DNA of 58,930 nt, counting the filler. It is 6 parts of 6 records of this genome, joined end to end, with 100 filler letters (N's around TTAATTAATTAA, not from the genome) between each part and the next. Parts side by side here need not be neighbours in the genome. Positions count along the whole stretch, not along the records: positions 24,146 to 33,920 come from SRR31156797_24160; positions 34,021 to 49,364 come from SRR31156797_24181; 4 more parts are not named here. One strand, written 5' to 3'. Of the stretch, positions 28,244 through 39,492 are shown piece by piece. Numbering within the stretch: the stretch's first letter is position 1; each line of letters begins with the position of its first letter. Below the pieces are notes generated by a model, which was not told the origin of the DNA, made no database searches, and worked only from the letters and a program-made list of their open reading frames with translations. The position numbers and the translations under genes were made by a program.

Positions 28244-29369
28244 TACTCTCTTCTTTATTCAAAATGATATTTTTATAAATCTCAACTGCTTTTTCTAAAC
28301 TGGCTGTGTGGCAGAACTCATCAGTTTGGTGAGCCATTTCAGAATGACCAGGTCCTAAGATTATTGTTGGTGCCCCTTTGAATGCTGATTGTAATACTGA
28401 TGCATCGGTGAGGTAAGGCAAGGCTTTTAGCAGTCGTTTTTCTTCAGGGAAGATTCCGCAGTTTTTATAAACCTGCTTTATAAACGGACTTTCTTCGGAA
28501 CTAGCAACGGCAGGCAGATCGACAAGTGTTTTTATCTTTATTTCTTCTCCCAGCTCATTTTCTAATTGCTCCAAAAGAAGCTTATGATTCACTTTTGTTG
28601 TTGTGCGGGCATCAATTGTAAAAGAAGCATGATCAGGAACTGAATTCAAATTTTGTCCGCCAGAAACTTTCCCTACGTTAATAACCGGATAGCCAAGCAG
28701 GGCATCTTTATCTACATCAAAATCAAATTTTTCAGTTTTAGTAATTGCCCGTGCAATTTTATAAATAGCGTTATCACCCAGATGGGGCATTGAAGAATGT
28801 GCCGTTTTGCCCGAAGCTTCGAGTTCAAGATACAAAGCACCTTTATGCCCTATTGCCGGGATATTTGCTGTGGGTTCGCCCACAATAATCCCTTTGGCAT
28901 TTCCTAAGTCTTTATGGGTTGAAACCAACTGAGCAGCTCCCTGGCAACCCAGTTCTTCCCCAGCAGTAAAAATTAATTTTACACCTCCTGACGGATTTCC
29001 TGTTTCAAAAGCCATAAGCGCAGCCACAAGTATTGCAGCAATGCCTCCTTTCATATCGCTGGCTCCCCTTCCGTATAGCTTCCCATTTTTTATTTCACCT
29101 CCAAAGGGGTCAACACTCCATTTTTCAATCCCCAGAGGAACAGTATCAAAATGACCAGAAAAAACGATGGGCAATTCTTTATGATCACATCCTCGTTCAG
29201 CAATAAGATGATATCGATCGGCTTCAAACGGAACATACTTCACCCTAAATCCATTTTCAGCAAGAATTTTTCCGGTAAATTTTACAATTTCCTTTTCGTT
29301 CCCGGGAGGATTAACCGTATTAAAGGAAATCAGCTTTTTAGTTAATGATATGACTTCTTTTGTTTTCAT
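28236..29369 (-). CDS. M20 metallopeptidase/deacylase (ArgE/DapE-like)
   Basis: SGHFDTVP, GRGASDMKGG, GEE, GEPT, AHSS, AHQTDE. Confidence 0.88.
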   Translation of the reverse strand: MKTKEVISLTKKLISFNTVNPPGNEKEIVKFTGKILAENGFRVKYVPFEADRYHLIAERGCDHKELPIVFSGHFDTVPLGIEKWSVDPFGGEIKNGKLYGRGASDMKGGIAAILVAALMAFETGNPSGGVKLIFTAGEELGCQGAAQLVSTHKDLGNAKGIIVGEPTANIPAIGHKGALYLELEASGKTAHSSMPHLGDNAIYKIARAITKTEKFDFDVDKDALLGYPVINVGKVSGGQNLNSVPDHASFTIDARTTTKVNHKLLLEQLENELGEEIKIKTLVDLPAVASSEESPFIKQVYKNCGIFPEEKRLLKALPYLTDASVLQSAFKGAPTIILGPGHSEMAHQTDEFCHTASLEKAVEIYKNIILNKEESNE

Positions 29370-29375
29370 CTATCT

Positions 29376-30614
29376 TTAACTTTTAACCTCCTTCAATTGT
29401 CCCGATTTGGGTAGAAAAGAAATTATAACTGTACCAATGATGGCAATTCCAATTAGTAAGGAAAAGCCCAGGTCATAGCTCTTTGTTTCTTCGTTATAAA
29501 GGTAACCTACCAATACCGGAAAAACAGACTCAGCCACACCGTCGGCAACCAGTATGATTCCCATAATCCGCCCAAGGGCTTTTATTCCAAATAAATCGCC
29601 AGCCATTAGTGGAATAATCATATAGTCGCCTCCAAGCCCGAGACCAAATACAATGGCGAACACATAAATTTTTCCTGGAAAAGGAGGGATAAAAAGTATG
29701 GTAATTGCAAATGCAACAATTAAATAAATCAGAATCATTACATATTTACGATTAATAAGATCAGCAAGCCACCCCATTATTACTCTTCCTGCCAAACTCG
29801 ACAACAATACAATTGAAATAATATGTGCAGCCTGACTTTGAGTAAATTCAAGATCACGTAAATAGAGCTTTAAGTGTTGCCCCATACCGCCAACAGCCCC
29901 TATTGAACACATACTACCAATTGCCAGATAATAGAAATTGGGATTCCTGAGAATATTCTTCATAGAAGGAGTTGCTTCTTTTTGAGGTTCTATTTGAGGC
30001 TTCTTTTTGCTAACTGAATCTTTAATAAAAAAAGATAACGGAAATGCAGAGACGATTATTAGTATTCCAAGAATAGACAAGGCATGTTGCCAGCCCAGGT
30101 GACTTTCAAGATTCGTAGATAATATGGGCACTATTGCACCGCCAATACCGATTCCTAAATAAGCAATCCCCATTGCTTTGCCACGGTTTTCTTTAAACCA
30201 GCGTGAAATTAATACCTGACATGGTAATGGTCCTCCAAAAACATACCCAAGCGCGTTGAAAACATAAAACATATAAAACATCCAAAGCGAAGATGAATAG
30301 CTCAAGCCAATCAGGGCAATTCCCATAAATACAGCTCCCAGCATCATTAACCTCCTCGGACCATAACGGTCAATCATCCAACCTGCTATAAAGCCAAACA
30401 AAGGAGCAACAACCATTTTTCCCACGGCATAACCCGATGTTACTTCTGCCCGTGAATAGCCAAACTCTTCCACCATAAAGTCGTAAAAAAACGGCAACCC
30501 ATAATAGGCAAAACCTACCAATGCAAACAGCGAAAAAAACGCAGTAATCAGGATATAGGTTTTTGAGCTTCTTTTACCCTCCTTTTCGCAATTATTTAGC
30601 TTTAAACACCTCAT
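29376..30614 (-). CDS. MFS transporter
   Basis: About 12 TM segments; motif A GWMIDRYGPRR and GWLADLINRK. Confidence 0.9.
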   Translation of the reverse strand: MRCLKLNNCEKEGKRSSKTYILITAFFSLFALVGFAYYGLPFFYDFMVEEFGYSRAEVTSGYAVGKMVVAPLFGFIAGWMIDRYGPRRLMMLGAVFMGIALIGLSYSSSLWMFYMFYVFNALGYVFGGPLPCQVLISRWFKENRGKAMGIAYLGIGIGGAIVPILSTNLESHLGWQHALSILGILIIVSAFPLSFFIKDSVSKKKPQIEPQKEATPSMKNILRNPNFYYLAIGSMCSIGAVGGMGQHLKLYLRDLEFTQSQAAHIISIVLLSSLAGRVIMGWLADLINRKYVMILIYLIVAFAITILFIPPFPGKIYVFAIVFGLGLGGDYMIIPLMAGDLFGIKALGRIMGIILVADGVAESVFPVLVGYLYNEETKSYDLGFSLLIGIAIIGTVIISFLPKSGQLKEVKS

Positions 30615-30772
30615 TTATTGTTTTTTATATTTAATAGACTCAGTTATTTCAGAGCAAACGATTACCTGAGTGCATCAAAAACTGATACGCTCTAATTTAA
30701 ATTCCTACAAATAGAAAATCCGGCAAGAACTGGAATTAGTTAACTCTATTTCAAAACATTAGCCTTTTTCAA

Positions 30773-32368
30773 TTAATGACATAAAATAACCTTACAAGAT
30801 TTACAGACTGAATTATCACTTATTCTTAGCCAGTATATTCCGGGATTATTTCGTGACAGGTCAATTTTCTCTTGCTGTTTTCCCTGGCTTACAACATGTT
30901 CCACCCTGTTTTGAGCAACTAATGTCCCTTTAATGTCATAAACATCAATATCCAGGTTATCCCCGGAAAGCTTAGCTGCCCACTTCACATTAATAATCCC
31001 TGTGTCGGAAGGGTTAGGATATATCTCAAAATCGTTATCGATTTTATTCATTGATATTCCGGTAGTTGGATCGTATTCGTACACACCAATATCAGGAGCA
31101 GAGCCTTTATAAGGCAACCCCACATCAATTCCGGCATCAATTAAGTCTGAGCCTTTTTGAGGTTTCAAATAATTTGTTTCGGGCAACGAACCGTCTGCTT
31201 GCCTTTCAGTTTCCATTAGTGAATGATCAACACTAAGAAAATCATCATCAGAAACCGTAACATTGCTCATGTCCCAGTTATTATGCTCTGTTGTAGCGTA
31301 ACTACCAAAACGATCGGCGTAAGTATTTTTGTAGCTGATGCTGTTTTTTATGGTAACGTGCATGTCCACATCAATATCAAGGTAAAATCCCCGGCTATCG
31401 TTATCATAACTAATGATGTTGAAGAACTCAGCATACACATCAGCGGCATTGTTGTTGTATCCCCATTCCCTATTGTTTGAGGCAATACATCTCCGCATTA
31501 TCCTTTTTACCACACCTTCTTCCCTGGCTTGTTCCGTTTTGCCCAACTTAAAACCACAGCCATCTCCTTTGTCTCTTCCATTATTAAAAGCCCAACAGTC
31601 TTCTACAATAACAAGCCCTTCATTTTTCCAAAAATCAAAACCATCATCGCTATTGAAATACGAACGACAACCTTTTAATGTGTTTACCCGTGGGTTTCCG
31701 GCACGGTAAGTTATGGAAGCTACTTGTATTCCATCGGCGTTGTTCCCGGGAGAAGCAGTATATGGATCGTAATTATCATAAGCATCACAGTTTAAAATCA
31801 GGTTCCCTTCCGATGCTCCGTCTATTCTGAAACCAGCTGCTTTATTTCCATAAAATTCCATTAACTCAAAAATGTTGTTGTTTGAATCTTGTGCCAGAAA
31901 AGCAAGCGACATGTTTCCCGTTGTTGGCTGGCTGAGTTTTGTAATATGGAGCCCTTTAAAATGCCAGTAATCCACGCCGCTCATGTAAAATCCCCAACGC
32001 ATTCCGGCACCGGTTACATTACTAAAGTCGAGAACTGGTACTTCTCCGGGGTAAGCAAAAACACAAATCCGATTGTCTTCTGTACCACTTTTAGGCGATT
32101 CGAGTTTAATTCCGTATTTCGAATTAGCAATATCGGTATAGGTTCCACTGCGTACGTACAACGTATCACCGGCGTCTAATTGACTAAATGCATGAGCCAA
32201 AGTACCCCAGGGCTTTTCAATTGAGCCGTCATTAAAATCGTAACCACTGATTGACACATAGTACGTATTTCCGCTTGCTGCCCCTACATTATTTGCAGCA
32301 AATGTATATCCACAAAATATCAGTAGAATCAGTCCAAATCCAACTTTTAGCATATTTATTTTCTTCAT
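30773..32368 (-). CDS. Secreted right-handed beta-helix protein, PL9-like lyase, with T9SS C-terminal domain
   Basis: Signal peptide; YYVS-G-D, NADG, GCRSYFNSDDGFD, GFKLG, APDIGVYE; IYPNPS...GIYWLRI sorting domain. Confidence 0.8.
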   Translation of the reverse strand: MKKINMLKVGFGLILLIFCGYTFAANNVGAASGNTYYVSISGYDFNDGSIEKPWGTLAHAFSQLDAGDTLYVRSGTYTDIANSKYGIKLESPKSGTEDNRICVFAYPGEVPVLDFSNVTGAGMRWGFYMSGVDYWHFKGLHITKLSQPTTGNMSLAFLAQDSNNNIFELMEFYGNKAAGFRIDGASEGNLILNCDAYDNYDPYTASPGNNADGIQVASITYRAGNPRVNTLKGCRSYFNSDDGFDFWKNEGLVIVEDCWAFNNGRDKGDGCGFKLGKTEQAREEGVVKRIMRRCIASNNREWGYNNNAADVYAEFFNIISYDNDSRGFYLDIDVDMHVTIKNSISYKNTYADRFGSYATTEHNNWDMSNVTVSDDDFLSVDHSLMETERQADGSLPETNYLKPQKGSDLIDAGIDVGLPYKGSAPDIGVYEYDPTTGISMNKIDNDFEIYPNPSDTGIINVKWAAKLSGDNLDIDVYDIKGTLVAQNRVEHVVSQGKQQEKIDLSRNNPGIYWLRISDNSVCKSCKVILCH

Positions 32369-32386
32369 CTTAACTATTATAATTTA

Positions 32387-33920
32387 TTATTTTAACCATT
32401 TTTCTATCCAGTCAGCACCCAACTTAACAGCATCTTCATCAACAATTTTCAACTCTTTATCGGCACTATTAAACTTGTAAGCTATCCGAATGAATTCCAG
32501 GTCTTTTTCAAGCTGCTGTGTTCCTCGTTCCCCCCGGGCATCGGTTGTTCCAGCTACAAATAAGCGGGTAGGTGCCAGCGTTGCGGTAAGATCCGGAAGG
32601 TCGTAGGCTGTAAGTGCTCCCGGAACCAAGCCATAAACAAAATCGGAATTATACATTTTAGTTTCGACTAATGAGCGGTATGAAGAATACGGGTTTAAAA
32701 GTGCTATGCCGGAAGCAACAGGCTCGAAAGCTGCTGCGTGCAAAAGTGCTGGTGACATTTCGCCCTGTGCAATTCCATAGACTTTGTCAAAGCCCAATCC
32801 ATCTTTTAAAACTCTGAATAATTTGACGATATCGCCAGCCTGGATACCCACAATGCTACGTCCGAGCAGCATAGCCAGGTATGCCGTGTTATACGAAACC
32901 TTATTGATGTAAGCATCGCCTGTGAAATCACTTTTTGAAAGCTCACCTGTACCCAAAATATCAGGGGCAAGAACAGTTATTCCTTTTTTCATCAATGATT
33001 CGATGGTAACAGAATCATCCGCTACGCCTTGTTTCCCTTGTGGGTGAAGATAAAGTGCAGCTTCGCCCGACTTATTATCAGGAATAAACAAAAGGTATGG
33101 CAACACATAATCACCTTCGCCACGGATAAAATATTTTTCAATGACATAACCATCCTTATCAGGAATTCGCCCGGCAAAAGCTACCTTGTCATTATCCGAA
33201 GGAGCCCTGTAGCCCGAGAGCTTCTTAGCTTCGATTGATACATTCTTTAAATGGTCCGATAAATTTTTTCTAGACTCATCTAATTTTGCCAAATATGGTT
33301 TCGCTTCTGAAACATTCACACTAAAAATCGTTTCAGCGTTACCGGAAGATGCCAATTGCCCGGTTTCAGTTTTTTGTAGTTCCTCCAAGGTTAAAAATTT
33401 AACTTCTTCTTCAGCAGGTGAACCGGGTAATTCCAAATGTTTTTGAAAGAAGGCATACATCGCTTCACGATTCTTTTTGGTATAACCGTGATGGTAGTCA
33501 TCTTCGGTCATTTCAATATTACCGGGTTTACCAAATATGCTGTAAACACCTTTTATTTCGTTAAATGACTCTCTTGCACCCTGGATGCTGAAAAAGTCAT
33601 TGGTTGTTGACATAATCAAAGTAGGTCTGGGTGCACGGAGTTCAATAAAATCAGCATGGTTTATTCCGTTTGCCAGACCATGATAAAAATTCTGCTCGCC
33701 ATCCTGAGGTCCAATGGACTGGAGCAATCGTTTGAAACCAGTAATATAACCTGACGGTGCAGCCGCCACAACACGGTCATCAAGCGCTGATATATAAGAT
33801 GTTTGAGTACCTCCTCCGGAATGACCATGAACCCCGATCCTTTCGGCATCCACTTCCTTTCTGCTAACTAAATAATCAATTCCCCTGATACCATCCCAGG
33901 CAAAATACTGCCCCAACGAT
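32387..33920 (-). CDS. Alpha/beta-hydrolase, acetylxylan esterase-like, 5'-truncated
   Basis: RGIDYL, RIGVHGHSGGG nucleophile elbow, APRPTL, DFF, HGY. Confidence 0.8.
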
Positions 33921-34020
33921 NNNNNNNNNNNNNNNNNNNNNNNNNNNNNNNNNNNNNNNNNNNNTTAATTAATTAANNNNNNNNNNNNNNNNNNNNNNNN
34001 NNNNNNNNNNNNNNNNNNNN
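33921..34020. other. Artificial contig spacer
   Basis: N-run, TTAATTAATTAA, N-run. Confidence 0.98.
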
Positions 34021-34079
34021 TTTCTAATTCTCTCTCCTTCAAACATAGGAGATATTTCAAAAGGAAATTCATCTGCCAT
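34021..34079 (-). CDS. cdhC: ACDS beta subunit (acetyl-CoA synthase), 5' fragment only
   Basis: MADEFPFEISPMFEGERIRK immediately downstream of cdhB. Confidence 0.8.
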
Positions 34080-34122
34080 GATTAGTTCTCCGTATTGTCA
34101 CCATTCGAATAAATGTAATATG

Positions 34123-34638
34123 TTATTGTAAATTCTCAACGAGTTCAGTAAGCGCTTCCACATGCACCTCAGGCTTGAGGTTACCGAAAGACAATGTAGC
34201 GTTCTGCATGTAATGTCTTTCGATTGCCAGAGCCTTCAGGTCAGTGAAGTTCTTAATTCCTGAAAGTACCTGATCAAGATAGTACTTCTTGTGTCCAAGG
34301 AAGACAACAGTATCATATGGGCCCTGTCCGTCAAGACCTGTCCAGTTCTTGTCCCCTAGGAAAGTACCAAGTGAGTGTATGTTGATGTACTTTGCACCGA
34401 TGTCCTTGTTAATCAGGGCCGTGATGGAATGTCCGGTAGCAGCTACCGGAATTCCCTTCTTTGCAATTGCAACTATCTTCTCGATGATCTGTTCATTGTC
34501 CACTATCTCAGAGCCTACAATGAGAAGTGGTCTCTTTGCCTTTGAAAGCATCTTGCCTGCAACATTAGGGTTTACAGGTTTTGCCATCTTTCTGCCATAG
34601 GTGGAGTATATCTGTGTGTTCTTGGTGGTGTCTACCAT
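34123..34638 (-). CDS. cdhB: ACDS epsilon subunit
   Basis: [38 protein letters not shown]; abuts cdhA. Confidence 0.93.
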   Translation of the reverse strand: MVDTTKNTQIYSTYGRKMAKPVNPNVAGKMLSKAKRPLLIVGSEIVDNEQIIEKIVAIAKKGIPVAATGHSITALINKDIGAKYINIHSLGTFLGDKNWTGLDGQGPYDTVVFLGHKKYYLDQVLSGIKNFTDLKALAIERHYMQNATLSFGNLKPEVHVEALTELVENLQ

Positions 34639-37050
34639 TTAACATTCCCCCTTGCAGAGTCTCTTTACATTAGTAGGCTGGGCGGAAACATCCGCTTTCA
34701 TTGCAGGACCGGAAAGGATCTTCTTGCGCTTCCAGTCGATCTCCCATCCATGCTCTGCCTCGAGGATCTTGAGAAGCTCCTCACGCTTTGCAAGTGGAAG
34801 GTCGGTTTCTGTCCTTACAAACCTGTGCCAGTCCTCAGGCATGTGGCCGAGGTACTTCTGGCTGAGCTCCATGTAGTGGGTCAGTTTGATCATTCTTCCC
34901 ATACTGTTGTCAGATGGACGGATACAGTTCTTTGCAAGCATTGGGAAGAGTTCTTCAACAGATTCTGCAGTTGTGAGCAGGAACTCCGGAGCTGATGGGA
35001 TAGGCATTTCAGATCCATCTCTTGCATCGTAGACCTTCCATGCTGCTTCATCATATGGCTTACCGATGAGTGCTCTTCTGTACTTGGAACCATGTGGTCC
35101 GACAATTACAGGGATACCGAGTCTGTTACATCCTGAACCGATGGAGATAGCCTTCTGGGAGTACGCTCCCCATGCTACACCAACAGCGCCGATACGGTTT
35201 GTGATGTAATCAGCGATCTCTTCATAGTTACCTGTGACATTCCTCTGAGCGAAAATTGCAGCTACCTTGATGGCTGTTCCGGTAATATGTGAGTTGGAGA
35301 CGCATGAACCTACGTTGATAAGGTTACCGGCAAGGAACTTTGCAGGATATTTCTCATAGAGGGTCTGTCCATCCTCGTTCTTGTACATTCCAAGGTCCAT
35401 TGCTGAACATCCTGACATGACGACGATGTAGTTTCTCTTAAGCATCTCATCTGCAACTGTGTAGAGGTCCCTTGTACCATTCGGATAGTTGGAACATCCT
35501 ACCATTGCGATGATACCTGGTGTTGTACCGAGAACAAGGTTGACACCTTCCTCACGAATCTCAGGGTCACTTATCTGACCTCTTCCGGCACGCATAAGTC
35601 CCTTTTCCTCACTGATGAGCTTACGGGATGCCTTTTCGATCATATTGAGCACAGGAATATCCTTTGGACATGCCTGATCACATCTTCCACAACCGATACA
35701 GATATCGTGGAGTTCTTCGAACTTGCGGAAATCTTTGTCAATACCATCTTTCATGGCTGCCATGATAGGGAGATTGACAGGACAATCCATTTCACATGCG
35801 CCACACTGAACACATTTTTCAGAGAGTTCCTGAAGTTCTTCCTCACTTGGGAGTGCCTTGATATCCATATCATCACGGATCTTTGACATCTTCATTGCAA
35901 GTTCCGGAGCAACCTCTCCAAGAGTGTCAAAGTTGAGTATAAGTGCTCCTGGTTCCTTAAAGGTTGAAAGATCCTCAATAATATCTGCCGCATCGTCATT
36001 TGACCTGTTTCGCAGACCATACATTATCTTTTCATTTGTTGTGATAACAGGGATAGAGAGTTTCTGTGCCTCATCAAGTACATCGGCCCTGACACACTGT
36101 TCATCAACAACGATAACATCAGGAACACCGGACCTTATCATCTTGAGTTCCTTTGCAAGGGTACCGATGATCTTAGCCTGTGGCTTTCCACCATGCTCCA
36201 TCTGGTAACGTGTCATATCGATAGCAGTACAACACAGACCTGCAAGTTCAATCTTATCGTCAAGACCATTGTCGTGTATGTAGTCCATAATATATGTTAC
36301 ACCGGCAACATTGTGCCCTATTACAAGTAGGACTGGTTTCTCGGCATCGATGCAACCCATACCTATCTCTACAAGAGGAGCCTCTGGATCAGATTTTGGC
36401 ATTCCGAGGCATGATACCTGAGCAAGGTCAGATACTTCCATACCTACATGGTCAAGCATACCACCGTGAAGGACCTTCGACTCAAAGTCCATAGCTGCTC
36501 CTTCCTGACCTGCGTGTATGGTTGCAAGAAGCTGGGTGAGCTGTTCCTCAACATAGTCCATTACCTCTTCGAGGTCACCAAGTGTCTCGGGTATGATACC
36601 TGTTACAGCTTGTGTGTTTGGTGCGAGCAGGTTCGAAGGACCTACATCGATAAGCTTGTCTTCGCCATATTCGTGTATGAGGTGGTGAAGAATATGCCTT
36701 CCATGTGCAGCATGTGCTGCAGCACCGGTGATAACTCTCATAAGGGTCTCACGTGCCTGGTGGGCCTCCATGTTGATACCACATGCTCCTTCCTTGTTGC
36801 CGGTAAGGTCACATTTACCAAAGGTACAGTAACAACACTGGTCACAGACAGGAGTGTAAACTGGCTGGTAACGTGACAGCAGCTTGTAATCCCAGTCTCT
36901 GAGACCGGAGATACCCGGTTTAGGAGTTGGACCTACTTCAACTCCTTCTTCTTCCGCTTTTTTCTCAATGGCACCTACGATTTTGCCGATCGTGATCTGG
37001 ACATTTTCCAGTTCGTCAATGGAAAACTTTCCAGTTTCTATGTCGCTCAT
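34639..37050 (-). CDS. cdhA: ACDS alpha subunit (CO dehydrogenase)
   Basis: [32 protein letters not shown], two ferredoxin-type Cys clusters, [16 protein letters not shown] before ATG 37050 (MSDIETGKF). Confidence 0.96.
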   Translation of the reverse strand: MSDIETGKFSIDELENVQITIGKIVGAIEKKAEEEGVEVGPTPKPGISGLRDWDYKLLSRYQPVYTPVCDQCCYCTFGKCDLTGNKEGACGINMEAHQARETLMRVITGAAAHAAHGRHILHHLIHEYGEDKLIDVGPSNLLAPNTQAVTGIIPETLGDLEEVMDYVEEQLTQLLATIHAGQEGAAMDFESKVLHGGMLDHVGMEVSDLAQVSCLGMPKSDPEAPLVEIGMGCIDAEKPVLLVIGHNVAGVTYIMDYIHDNGLDDKIELAGLCCTAIDMTRYQMEHGGKPQAKIIGTLAKELKMIRSGVPDVIVVDEQCVRADVLDEAQKLSIPVITTNEKIMYGLRNRSNDDAADIIEDLSTFKEPGALILNFDTLGEVAPELAMKMSKIRDDMDIKALPSEEELQELSEKCVQCGACEMDCPVNLPIMAAMKDGIDKDFRKFEELHDICIGCGRCDQACPKDIPVLNMIEKASRKLISEEKGLMRAGRGQISDPEIREEGVNLVLGTTPGIIAMVGCSNYPNGTRDLYTVADEMLKRNYIVVMSGCSAMDLGMYKNEDGQTLYEKYPAKFLAGNLINVGSCVSNSHITGTAIKVAAIFAQRNVTGNYEEIADYITNRIGAVGVAWGAYSQKAISIGSGCNRLGIPVIVGPHGSKYRRALIGKPYDEAAWKVYDARDGSEMPIPSAPEFLLTTAESVEELFPMLAKNCIRPSDNSMGRMIKLTHYMELSQKYLGHMPEDWHRFVRTETDLPLAKREELLKILEAEHGWEIDWKRKKILSGPAMKADVSAQPTNVKRLCKGEC

Positions 37051-37180
37051 GTTTGTTTTATCCTCCTTTTTAGGTGTAGAAGTGCTACGAAAAAACACTG
37101 TTGTGTGATTTATTGTTATTTACAAATGCAATTGTAATATTTTTGAAACTGTAATCTGGGATGTTCTAATAACACGACCC

Positions 37181-37198
37181 TATATAAAAAAGTTTCCT
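37181..37198 (-). promoter_or_regulatory. Putative archaeal BRE/TATA box for the cdh operon
   Basis: Minus strand CAGGAAACTTTTTTATATA, about 130 nt upstream of cdhA. Confidence 0.45.
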
Positions 37199-37429
37199 GA
37201 ATCTATCATGATTATTTGTTATCATTTTTCCAATGTTACACATAGTGGTTCGGTCAAAATAATATATACGTACATATGAGTAATAAGTGACATCAATACA
37301 CGATTTTAGCATATAAGTGTTCCGATAACTATCACGATTATTCTTGATAATAAAATACCCTCTCATCATGTATTTTTCGGAAATGGTTTTATTCAATGCC
37401 GATATACCATAAAGGAGCATTATATCACG

Positions 37430-38293
37430 GTGAATTATTTGGACAAAAAATGCTGGATATGTGGCAAAGAAGAAAGTTTCCCTTTCAAATGCCGTTTTTG
37501 TGGAAAAACATTTTGTTCCATGCACAGGCTTCCAGAGCAACACGCATGTGAAGGTCTTGAGCAGCTCAAGCAGGACAGATCGTACAGCGGAAGCCCCGGC
37601 TATGGGAGTCAGGGAAATGATGATATCTTCAAGGATGCTTTGAAAAGCACTGCGAAATATGCGGCCAAGAGCGCAGTGAAAGGCATGGGCAGTAATATAA
37701 AATACTCCATGAAAAGCAGTCCTTCAATGGCAATCATTTACTTGTGCTTGTTTTCATTCATTCTGCAGATAATACCCGGATACTATGAAATGTTCCGACT
37801 GGTACCTGCAGAAATACTGCAGCATCCATGGACAATTGTAAGCCACATGTTCATGCATAGCGGTTTTACACACCTGTTCTTCAATATGCTTGTGTTGTTT
37901 TTCTTTGGTCCTCAACTGGAAAGCAGAGCGGGAAAGAAAATTTTCCTTAATGTTTATTTTACAGCCGGCCTTGTGGCAGCCATAGGATATTCACTAACAA
38001 CAAGTAACCCATACATACCTGTAGTAGGAGCCAGTGGTGCCATAATGGGTATTTTTGCAGCTCTTGCAATAATTGCTCCTGACATCAGAGTATATGTATA
38101 CTTTATTCCAATGAAGATAATACATGCATTGATCCTGTTTATAATGCTTGATTTTATCCTCCTGAATGCAAATGATATGGTGGCCCATACCGCACACCTT
38201 AGTGGAGCTCTTGTGGGTCTGCTTATGGGAAGCAGGATCAAAAGAGCCCAGATAAAATACAATTCTTATGGTAACAACTATTACAGAAGGTGA
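37430..38293 (+). CDS. Rhomboid protease with N-terminal AN1-type zinc finger
   Basis: CWICG...CRFCG-FCSMHRLPEQHAC; HLFFNM, GASGA, AHLSG. Confidence 0.9.
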   Translation: MNYLDKKCWICGKEESFPFKCRFCGKTFCSMHRLPEQHACEGLEQLKQDRSYSGSPGYGSQGNDDIFKDALKSTAKYAAKSAVKGMGSNIKYSMKSSPSMAIIYLCLFSFILQIIPGYYEMFRLVPAEILQHPWTIVSHMFMHSGFTHLFFNMLVLFFFGPQLESRAGKKIFLNVYFTAGLVAAIGYSLTTSNPYIPVVGASGAIMGIFAALAIIAPDIRVYVYFIPMKIIHALILFIMLDFILLNANDMVAHTAHLSGALVGLLMGSRIKRAQIKYNSYGNNYYRR

Positions 38294-38714
38294 TCAGCTG
38301 GCAAGTGCCGGAAATCATCTGACAAGACTTTTTCCAAGACCTGAAGAAGGGGAAACTATCCCTATTCAGTTCATCGACATACAGGAGAAACTGGCAGGCT
38401 GGTCTCCCCAGCTTAAACGCTCAGTATATGTTGATGATTTCAAAGATACCGAAGACCTCAAAAGAGTAAGAGAACTTTCACTTCTCAGGGTTTATAACTG
38501 GCTCCTGAACGGTGAAAGTCTGATAGAACTATCGGATCTGGAGCGAAAACAGTTTGAAGAGGTAATGGATATGTTTATAATAGAAGGGGGAGAAATTCTT
38601 TTTACAAGAAAACGAATCGGTGGGAGGCTTATGAATTATTTTATACTGGACAGAAGCTTCAGGCCGGAAACTTACGTGACAGGGAAAAAAATGACAGAAT
38701 TGTTGGGGAAATAA
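38268..38714 (+). CDS. Hypothetical protein (start uncertain)
   Basis: 148-aa ORF overlapping the rhomboid 3' end; no recognised motif. Confidence 0.6.
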   Translation: MVTTITEGDQLASAGNHLTRLFPRPEEGETIPIQFIDIQEKLAGWSPQLKRSVYVDDFKDTEDLKRVRELSLLRVYNWLLNGESLIELSDLERKQFEEVMDMFIIEGGEILFTRKRIGGRLMNYFILDRSFRPETYVTGKKMTELLGK

Positions 38715-38901
38715 TGTCATAATACAAAGAAGAAGGTATCAAAAATTTATGTTCGCATTGCAGAATATATAAAGATAGTAGTAACAGTTATATAGTATAT
38801 AATTCAAAGTTCAGAATAATAATATTTATATTGTAAATTGTACGCCCAGTTATCAGACCTGATGTTTTAATCAGTTATATCATCATTATAGAGAGGCATT
38901 C

Positions 38902-39492
38902 ATGGCTAATGTTAAAACCGGATTAAATTCAATTGTAAAATACCTCAGTACTAAAAAAGAGACAGGAAGAAGAAGTATTGGCCTTCTTGTAGATGGTCCG
39001 AACGTATTACGCAAAGAATTCAATGTAAATCTTGAAGAGATCAGGGATGTTCTGAAAGAATACGGAAATGTAAAGATTGGAAGGGTATTTCTGAACCAGT
39101 ATGCATCTGACAAACTGGTGGAAGCCATTGAAAACAATGGATTTGAACCTATTATATGTTCCAGTGACGTAGACGTGAGGCTTGCTGTTGAAGGGATGGA
39201 ACTGGTATATAATCCCACCATTGACACCATTGCACTTGTCACAAGGGATGCAGATTTTAAGCCCCTGCTGAATAAAGCCAATGAACATGGCAAAGAGACT
39301 ATAATTTTTGGTGTGGAGCCTGGTTTTTCCACAGCCCTTAGAAACTCAGCAGACTATGTTATTATCCTTGAAAACGACGAAATGAACTACTACGACGACA
39401 GTCATTTTGAAGAAGAAGAGGATGAAACTGTACATAAAAACGAGGTTATGCACAATTCACGCCGGAAAAAGGATGCATTAGTAGAATATTAA
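38902..39492 (+). CDS. NYN-domain protein (TIGR00288/LabA-DUF88-like)
   Basis: LVDGPN, DVDVRLAVE, TRDADF-PL, G-E-GFS-AL. Confidence 0.88.
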   Translation: MANVKTGLNSIVKYLSTKKETGRRSIGLLVDGPNVLRKEFNVNLEEIRDVLKEYGNVKIGRVFLNQYASDKLVEAIENNGFEPIICSSDVDVRLAVEGMELVYNPTIDTIALVTRDADFKPLLNKANEHGKETIIFGVEPGFSTALRNSADYVIILENDEMNYYDDSHFEEEEDETVHKNEVMHNSRRKKDALVEY

